A DNA stretch of 64,000 bases from a virus. The DNA lies in IMG/VR virus record IMGVR_UViG_3300031963_000009, one strand, 5' to 3'. Every line of letters begins with the position of its first letter. Position 1 is the first letter of the stretch. This document shows, piece after piece, positions 58,388 to 64,000 of this stretch. The position numbers were made by a program, and so were the translations under genes. The notes beneath the pieces were generated by a model. That model saw only the letters and a list, made by a program, of their open reading frames with translations, was not told where the DNA came from and ran no database searches.

Positions 58388-58647
58388 CTAACTCAAATCT
58401 CTCTAAGATCCGTCCCAAACTGAGGACAACTGGGCGTGTTTCTGGTAACTTTGGACGAAACAAAGTTGTTAGTGGATCTCCCATAAATGATCTAGGTATT
58501 ACTAAAGTTGAAGTCGTCAAGTGTGCGACACAAGATGAATATCTTGCACGACTTTGGTACGCATTTGATAACACTGACGATGATAAACTTCGTCTTTTCC
58601 TACATCAAGAAATCCGCAAAATCCACATTCAACGAGGTACATGGTGA
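58384..58647 (+). CDS. hypothetical protein
   Basis: ATGA-coupled. Confidence 0.65.
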   Translation: MTNSNLSKIRPKLRTTGRVSGNFGRNKVVSGSPINDLGITKVEVVKCATQDEYLARLWYAFDNTDDDKLRLFLHQEIRKIHIQRGTW

Positions 58648-58862
58648 TGAGAAAAAAGTACAACTTCAATAACATGTCTCTTGCAGAGCTTCTGGGAATC
58701 TTTGTAGGTATCCTTGCAATCGTGTTTCTCTTTCTCAGTTTTGAAGCTTGGTTGCTTGGACTGATTCTATCTTGGTTTGCAGTTCAACTCACCTTCTGGC
58801 AATGTTTCGCTATTGTCTTTCTCATTCAGGCCATTTTGGGCTCTGCAAAGAGCAATAACTGA
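58641..58862 (+). CDS. small membrane protein
   Basis: strongly hydrophobic. Confidence 0.6.
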   Translation: MVMRKKYNFNNMSLAELLGIFVGILAIVFLFLSFEAWLLGLILSWFAVQLTFWQCFAIVFLIQAILGSAKSNN

Positions 58863-58869
58863 CCTAGTG

Positions 58870-58938
58870 TGACGGTTGGCGGACTGGACACCAAACCCGC
58901 CAACCGCAGCCAGATCCTGTATCTTGGCCATGTTGAGA
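58870..58938 (+). promoter_or_regulatory. palindrome-type promoter cassette with shared leader
   Basis: TGACGGTT-GGCG-GACTGGAC; CGCCAA; TATCTTGGCCATGTTGAGA. Confidence 0.85.
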
Positions 58939-58948
58939 GATGAATCAA

Positions 58949-59110
58949 ATGCGAATCGACATCCGTTGTCCTGCTGCTCCCTGGGAGAATCACACCACTG
59001 ATCTAGACAGAGCATACGACATCGCATACAATTTGAGTGAAGAATACCAGTGTGATGTTGACCTCTACTACAACACCACTGGCACACTTTACACCACTGT
59101 TTCTGCCTGA
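58949..59110 (+). CDS. hypothetical protein (not in ORF track)
   Basis: MRIDIRCPAAPWENHTT.., 53 aa. Confidence 0.6.
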   Translation: MRIDIRCPAAPWENHTTDLDRAYDIAYNLSEEYQCDVDLYYNTTGTLYTTVSA

Positions 59111-59575
59111 ACAATGTCAGTATCTATTCTGCGTCCTGAACAACAATTCCTGTTCACACATGAACAGATGGGCTTAATTTATGATCTCTTGAGTGCATAT
59201 TTGGGAGAGACAAATCATCCTGATGAAGTTGCTCTCACTCAGGAAACTCTAGATGTTATCACCATTCAATCCGTATGATCTATAAAGTATTGATTGAGTT
59301 CACAGACAACAACTTTGAAGAAAAAATTATAGCATCTAATGCCTCAGCGGGAACTTTATGCGACAAGATTTTATGTCAAGATCGCATAGGTAAAATCCGA
59401 TCTGTAGAAGCAAATCCACTTAAATCTTTAGGAGAATAATTATGTTCACATCCTTGACTATATTTGTTGCATGGTTTGCCTTTGGTTACTGTATTGCTGA
59501 CATTATCACGAATTGGCGTAGTCAAAAACAAATTGATGAGCTCGTCAAAGAGATTGTAAAAGAAGGCGATAAACA

Positions 59576-59881
59576 ATGATCCTCGCTGGATTGATGTGTG
59601 GAATCGCAACATTTTATGGTGTTGGTGATGGATTCCACGGCCAAACAACTGCAAGCGGAAAATCATTCAATGCCTATGGTCTGACTGCTGCTCATCCATA
59701 CTTGAGAATGGGCAGCAAATTACGCATCACAAATCAGGATAACATGAAACAAGTTATCGTGACTGTGAATGATCGTGGACCGTACAGCCATGCGGATATT
59801 GATCTTTCGTATGGGGCTTTTAGGAGAATTGCTTCACCTTCACAAGGTAACGCAGTTGTATGTTTTAGGGTGATCGGTTAG
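59576..59881 (+). CDS. rlpA: RlpA-family lytic transglycosylase
   Basis: ATFYG..FHGQTTASG..TAAHP..GSKLRITN..VTVNDRGP..IDLS. Confidence 0.9.
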   Translation: MILAGLMCGIATFYGVGDGFHGQTTASGKSFNAYGLTAAHPYLRMGSKLRITNQDNMKQVIVTVNDRGPYSHADIDLSYGAFRRIASPSQGNAVVCFRVIG

Positions 59882-60064
59882 TTACAACAATTCATTTTTG
59901 ATGAATCTGATTGCAGGGGATGACCTAATCCCCTACTGGGGTAAAATTGCAGAAAAATCATTGTTTGCTCAAACTCAGATCCCTTGCCACGACAGGGATC
60001 TCAAAGAGAGATCGGTGCGACGCTTTGAGGGTTGGACAGATCAGAGGCAAACCGAGCCAGAGTG

Positions 60065-60134
60065 TGACAATCCCCAAACCGCACACCAATTCAACCAAAG
60101 GTGGCCATGAGGATGTATCTTAGCTATGTTGAGA
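60065..60134 (+). promoter_or_regulatory. palindrome-type promoter cassette with shared leader
   Basis: TGACAATC-CCCA-AACCGCAC; TATCTTAGCTATGTTGAGA. Confidence 0.8.
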
Positions 60135-60150
60135 CAAACACACAAACCTC

Positions 60151-60372
60151 ATGACTTTCGTTGACGCACTGATTGCATCGGGTTATGTATTCGATGATGA
60201 GAATTATGATGGTTGTTATGTAAAACAAGATTCCGAAGGTTTCATTCATCTTTACCAGGAAAATGTGGATGATGATACTGACACTCTCTGGAATTATGTC
60301 AAGATGACTGATGATTTTGATGTGATTCATGAAGTAACTTTTGATCCTAATGTTGACACCATTGTTGAGTGA
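60151..60372 (+). CDS. small acidic hypothetical protein
   Basis: first ORF after the cassette. Confidence 0.65.
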   Translation: MTFVDALIASGYVFDDENYDGCYVKQDSEGFIHLYQENVDDDTDTLWNYVKMTDDFDVIHEVTFDPNVDTIVE

Positions 60373-60532
60373 ATCATGAACGACAAAACTAAACTCATTC
60401 TCGCATTGATGCAAATTGATAACATCACCAACCTGATGAAAGAGAATGAGTATGAGCACTTTATGGTGTCGCATTTAATTCCTCTCAAAGTAGAAATGGA
60501 ACGACAATTAACTAACTTGAACCGACCCGAAT

Positions 60533-60539
60533 CTAAATA
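60533..60539 (+). promoter_or_regulatory. late promoter
   Basis: CTAAATA 20 nt before the MKTFQEF gene. Confidence 0.7.
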
Positions 60540-60558
60540 ATTAAAAATTAGATTCAAG

Positions 60559-60765
60559 ATGAAAACCTTTCAAGAGTTCGTTGCTGAAATGGCCTATAAG
60601 GGAATGAGTAAAGAGAAAGAAAGTAGGATCAAAAAACAAATGACTGCGGCTAAAAAGTCATCGAAGAAAGCATCACAAGAAGGTGATGATGAGGCTGCAG
60701 AGAGACACGATCAAAGGCACAGAGCCCTGCGAGATAGAGTCAAACGCAGCGATCTGCCTTTCTGA
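60559..60765 (+). CDS. internal head protein-like (capsid-targeting sequence)
   Basis: MKTFQEFVAE versus the T4 IPII/IPIII CTS MKTYQEFIAE; basic body. Confidence 0.7.
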   Translation: MKTFQEFVAEMAYKGMSKEKESRIKKQMTAAKKSSKKASQEGDDEAAERHDQRHRALRDRVKRSDLPF

Positions 60766-60775
60766 TGTAGCAATG

Positions 60776-60845
60776 TGACAGTCTGCGGGCTGTCCACTGA
60801 TCGTGCCGAAGGGGGCTGTGGCCCTGTATCTTAGCCATGTTGAGA
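60776..60845 (+). promoter_or_regulatory. palindrome-type promoter cassette with shared leader
   Basis: TGACAGTC-TGCG-GGCTGTCC; TGCCGA; TATCTTAGCCATGTTGAGA. Confidence 0.85.
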
Positions 60846-60855
60846 GGAATCACTG

Positions 60856-61095
60856 ATGACTGACCGCAAGTTTCACAACATGAGCGTCGAAGATCGTGAG
60901 ATGTTTGCTTACAATGCAGCTTACGAGCGTCGTCAACAACAACTCGCTGCAGTTGCTCCTGAGCTGCGTATCAAATACTGCTTCGAGTTTCTGAAAGGTT
61001 ATGTTGCTGATGGTGATGATCTGATGTCAGCTCGTTGTTACGATGGCATCGCAAAGTACAGCGACAAACTTGACTGGTCTGAGGCACACTACTGA
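60856..61095 (+). CDS. hypothetical protein
   Basis: GAGAGGA SD. Confidence 0.7.
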   Translation: MTDRKFHNMSVEDREMFAYNAAYERRQQQLAAVAPELRIKYCFEFLKGYVADGDDLMSARCYDGIAKYSDKLDWSEAHY

Positions 61096-61097
61096 TC

Positions 61098-61289
61098 ATG
61101 CACATTCCTTTTTTCACCAAGCTTAACATTGGTGTTGATAGTTTCAAGGATGCTCTTTACTGGTGGAATGAGAATGAAATGCCCGCCTTCTGGGTTGAAC
61201 TGAATAGTGGTTACTATCAGCTACATCCCCAACAATACGCTGAGGTTATGCTGGGGGAAGGTTATGCTGATGTTGTCTACACTAACTGA
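61098..61289 (+). CDS. hypothetical protein
   Basis: ORF array. Confidence 0.6.
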   Translation: MHIPFFTKLNIGVDSFKDALYWWNENEMPAFWVELNSGYYQLHPQQYAEVMLGEGYADVVYTN

Positions 61290-61471
61290 TTCGGAATGAC
61301 TTACAAAGAACTCCTGCAACAGCTTCAACAACTCACCGAAGATCAGCTCAACTCTGATGTTGCTATCTATGATGAAGGCACCGATGAGTATTATCAACTC
61401 AAAGTTGAGTTGGTATTTACTACCGGAGAATGTGATGTTCTTGATCCTGACCATCCTGTAATTCGTTTCTG

Positions 61472-61696
61472 ATGATGTACGCAACCCTAGCTGAGTTTTA
61501 CCGTTATGTTTATGCCTTCTATGGTCGTGGTGGTGTGTATCCCATGGGCGCAACTTTAGATGAGATTGAATCAGCAACTAAGATTCTCATTCGTGAGCTC
61601 ACCGCAACAGATAAAGACTTTGTGGGTGATAGCATTGATCGTGAGCTTGTGCGGGACATCCTCATTTCAGAATACGGCTTAGAGTTTCCTGACTAA
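61472..61696 (+). CDS. hypothetical protein
   Basis: ORF array. Confidence 0.65.
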   Translation: MMYATLAEFYRYVYAFYGRGGVYPMGATLDEIESATKILIRELTATDKDFVGDSIDRELVRDILISEYGLEFPD

Positions 61697-61701
61697 GTAT
61701 G

Positions 61702-61771
61702 TGCCAGTTGGCGGGCTGTCCACCAAATCCGCCAAAGGGGCTCAGGGCCCTGTATCTTAGCCATGTTGAGA
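61702..61771 (+). promoter_or_regulatory. palindrome-type promoter cassette with shared leader
   Basis: TGCCAGTT-GGCG-GGCTGTCC; CGCCAA; TATCTTAGCCATGTTGAGA. Confidence 0.85.
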
Positions 61772-61783
61772 CAAACAAACGCA

Positions 61784-62062
61784 ATGAGTCAATTCATTTG
61801 TATCACTTTCGGTCCTCGCAATGATGATCCTGCACAATTCTGGAATGAGCGTACTTTCTGGGATCGTCAATCACAAGCAGAAAAGTGGGGTCTCAAGTCT
61901 CTCTCGATTGCAGGAACTTTCGGTTATGTTGTGATCGAAGATTGTGAAGATTCGTGGGAGATTGTTGATGAGTGCGGAGCACCTGATCATGCTGTGAGTA
62001 TTTCCTGCGACAGACTTGGCACCTATTCTGTTCAACCTGCACCTAAACTCATTCTGATCTGA
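61784..62062 (+). CDS. hypothetical protein
   Basis: MSQFICITFGP; first ORF after the cassette. Confidence 0.65.
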   Translation: MSQFICITFGPRNDDPAQFWNERTFWDRQSQAEKWGLKSLSIAGTFGYVVIEDCEDSWEIVDECGAPDHAVSISCDRLGTYSVQPAPKLILI

Positions 62063-62216
62063 TGAACAAACAAATGGAAATGATCGACATTCTGCAAGAA
62101 GAATGCCGCAAAGATTCTGAACTCCTCGATATGATCATTGAGGAATATGTGATGGGGCTAAATGCTTTTGAAGAAGCAAATCTTGAAGATTTTATTGTCA
62201 ACAACTTCGGAGATCT

Positions 62217-62492
62217 TTGATCATGGCTGCTAACAACACTCTCGCACATCTCCGTGATCGTGTGCAGCGTTTGATTGAACAACAGGGAGAAGATGCTCCT
62301 GCTGCTGCATTTATCTTTACCAATGCAGATGTATTCATTTGGGATGAAGGTGACGGAGATCAAATGCCTGTAGAACGTCAAATTGCTTCCGACATTCTCA
62401 ATGAGATTGAGGACTATGATCACATTTACACTGAGGTATTTGATCTGATCGAAGAAGAACTCAAGGCTCGCAATCTTATCGAAAATGACTGA
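62217..62492 (+). CDS. hypothetical acidic protein
   Basis: ORF array. Confidence 0.65.
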   Translation: MIMAANNTLAHLRDRVQRLIEQQGEDAPAAAFIFTNADVFIWDEGDGDQMPVERQIASDILNEIEDYDHIYTEVFDLIEEELKARNLIEND

Positions 62493-62685
62493 GCACACTG
62501 GTTACACTTTCAACCGAGTTAAGTTCACCAAAGATGAGGAAACTTGTCTCTTACGTTTGCTGTTCCAAGCACGAGATTGTGGGAACTGTAATGTTGATGA
62601 AGAATGGCTGCCTTTGTGTAATGATCTGATCACAAAGTATTACAACAGCCAGATCAAAGAAGCTCAACCTATCCAAACTCTCTGA
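62485..62685 (+). CDS. hypothetical protein
   Basis: coupled. Confidence 0.6.
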   Translation: MTEHTGYTFNRVKFTKDEETCLLRLLFQARDCGNCNVDEEWLPLCNDLITKYYNSQIKEAQPIQTL

Positions 62686-62847
62686 AATTATCATGGTCGT
62701 TCACTTCTATGAAGGTCAGTCTTACTCTTGGGAGTATTCCAACCGCAGCTATGATGATAGCGGATGCTGGGAGGATTATCTGACTGCCGATGAGTATGAA
62801 GATGCTCTAGATCGTAAGCGGTTTGAGCAATCAAATCGAGACTGGTA

Positions 62848-62916
62848 GGCCAATTCACTGGCTGCACACTAAAGCTGCCGAGTGCAGCCAGAACCTGTAT
62901 CTTGGCCATGTTGAGA
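62848..62916 (+). promoter_or_regulatory. palindrome-type promoter cassette with shared leader
   Basis: GGCCAATT-CACT-GGCTGCAC; TGCCGA; TATCTTGGCCATGTTGAGA. Confidence 0.8.
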
Positions 62917-62930
62917 GGAATCGCTCCCCA

Positions 62931-63074
62931 ATGTTTGACGAACTCTGGTCCGAGATTGCTGATGCTCCTGGTGAGATCTTCGACCGTCCGATGACAGCAG
63001 AAGAACGAGCTGAGTTTCAGAGAGTCTGTGAAATGTCTGAAGAAGAGTATTACTATTACATGGAAGCTGCCTGA
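62931..63074 (+). CDS. small acidic hypothetical protein (start revised to MFDELWSE)
   Basis: GAGAGGA SD. Confidence 0.65.
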   Translation: MFDELWSEIADAPGEIFDRPMTAEERAEFQRVCEMSEEEYYYYMEAA

Positions 63075-63076
63075 AA

Positions 63077-63255
63077 TGATGAACGATCTCCGTCAACGTT
63101 GTATGGATCTCGCCGATGAAATGTCGGCCGAGATCAATGGCAACCTGTTCTATGTTCCCGACGAAGACATAGAGAACTGCCTCAAAGCTCTGACTGAGGA
63201 TAACATCCAAGATGTCGCAGCTGAACTTGCAAACCTAGCTCACTGGTTTAACTGA
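63077..63255 (+). CDS. hypothetical protein
   Basis: MMNDLRQRC..; start revised. Confidence 0.6.
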
Positions 63256-63257
63256 TC

Positions 63258-63455
63258 ATGAATCTGAACACTCTTGAATTGCTCATTGCTGACTGCTTTG
63301 AGTACATCAATGACAACGATCCCAAAGCTGGTGCGTATTGGAGCAACCAACTCTTCACCAAGCAAGGTGACATCAAACGTCATATGATTACTGAGATGAC
63401 GCTTCAGCGGCTAGAGAACATCGCTGCTGAACTCTGCGACTATCAGGAAGTCTGA
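63258..63455 (+). CDS. hypothetical protein
   Basis: ORF array. Confidence 0.6.
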   Translation: MNLNTLELLIADCFEYINDNDPKAGAYWSNQLFTKQGDIKRHMITEMTLQRLENIAAELCDYQEV

Positions 63456-63483
63456 TTAACACAAACACAACACACACAAAACA

Positions 63484-63810
63484 ATGGAACTGACCAAAGC
63501 TTTCCCTCCCGCTGACGATCTGATCATGAAACTGCAAGAGATTGATTACAGCAAACACTTCCACAAATACATGGACATTGTTGAAACTATTGTGGTGTGG
63601 ATTGCCGCAATCGCTACTATCATCTTCGAGAAGCTGCAGACGATGCGATTCAAAACTCCCGACACGATTGCTGACTACTTCTACTTCAACATCAACATGA
63701 TTGCTGCTCCTGGTGATGAGATTGTGGGTCTGAGTGTAGGCAATCGTTACATCGGTTTCTATGGCGACTCTCTGAACTGGGGTGTGCTCGACGAGAACGG
63801 CTGCCTTTGA
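63484..63810 (+). CDS. hypothetical protein with one TM helix
   Basis: IVVWIAAIATIIF. Confidence 0.65.
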   Translation: MELTKAFPPADDLIMKLQEIDYSKHFHKYMDIVETIVVWIAAIATIIFEKLQTMRFKTPDTIADYFYFNINMIAAPGDEIVGLSVGNRYIGFYGDSLNWGVLDENGCL

Positions 63811-63839
63811 TTTGAGCGAACAATTAAATTGATTTAATT

Positions 63840-63890
63840 CTGGCTGCATGGAGTGATCCAACCTACCATGCAGCCAGTTTTAACGCTTTT
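63840..63890 (+). terminator. strong hairpin / probable terminator
   Basis: 12-bp stem CTGGCTGCATGG/CCATGCAGCCAG followed by TTTT. Confidence 0.6.
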
Positions 63891-63986
63891 TCCGGTTTCT
63901 GCCGTAGTGGTGGCCATGAGTCTCACCGCTTGCGACTTGAGACTGGCTGGGGGCTGGGTCAGATCCTACCAAACCTGGCCGGTGTG

Positions 63987-64000
63987 TGACAATCGGGTGG
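63987..64000 (+). promoter_or_regulatory. probable start of another palindrome cassette, cut by the window end
   Basis: GTGTGACAATC, as at 60062-60072. Confidence 0.45.

Noticed and set aside
59898-60110. 70-aa ORF downstream of rlpA
   Set aside because: Runs through hairpins and the promoter cassette; composition is unlike neighbouring genes
57339-61783. ATG in the shared leader (ATGTTGAGA) as a conserved leaderless start codon
   Set aside because: It is in frame with the downstream ORF at 57339 and 61763 but out of frame at 58930 and 60126, so it is not a consistent start
46801-62916. Dispersed repeats as a CRISPR array
   Set aside because: Copies are 0.4-10 kb apart, separated by ORFs, and carry -10 boxes and SD sequences; there are no regular spacers and no cas genes
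1-64000. Prophage or host chromosome segment
   Set aside because: No integrase, att sites or host housekeeping genes; the T4-like core synteny and late promoters indicate a lytic myophage

Overview
This window is a 64-kb segment of a T4-like (Kyanoviridae-type) cyanobacterial myophage genome. 1-19 kb holds gp32 and the baseplate/tail module: gp53, gp48, gp2 and gp4 on the minus strand, then a gp54/gp19-like gene, gp26, gp51, two tape-measure/hub-like genes, a gp27-like hub, CP12, gp5 and spike-associated genes. 19-36 kb is an accessory/host-interaction block: PLP aminotransferase, radical SAM/SPASM, tRNA-Leu(TAA), CpeT/CpcT lyase, tRNA-Thr(TGT), Mom-like enzyme, a 2193-aa fibre, a Gly-rich protein, three 2OG-Fe(II) oxygenases and an AsnB-like amidotransferase. 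36-64 kb is a dense array of small early-type ORFs, plus a DUF262-HNH (GmrSD-like) nuclease, a split SF2 helicase, a ligase-like protein and an RlpA. CP12 and CpeT point to a cyanobacterial host. The most striking non-coding structure is a promoter cassette repeated at least 13 times. A 20-bp palindrome sits 50-52 bp upstream of the -10 box, often with a non-canonical YGCCRA -35 and a shared leader. A second, different palindrome occupies the same position at two other promoters. Other highlights: T4 capsid-targeting sequences on an RlpA-like enzyme and on a small basic protein, an apparently circularly permuted M23 peptidase, and a gp53 with a large beta-propeller insertion. All family assignments come from motif recognition by eye; no searches were run.
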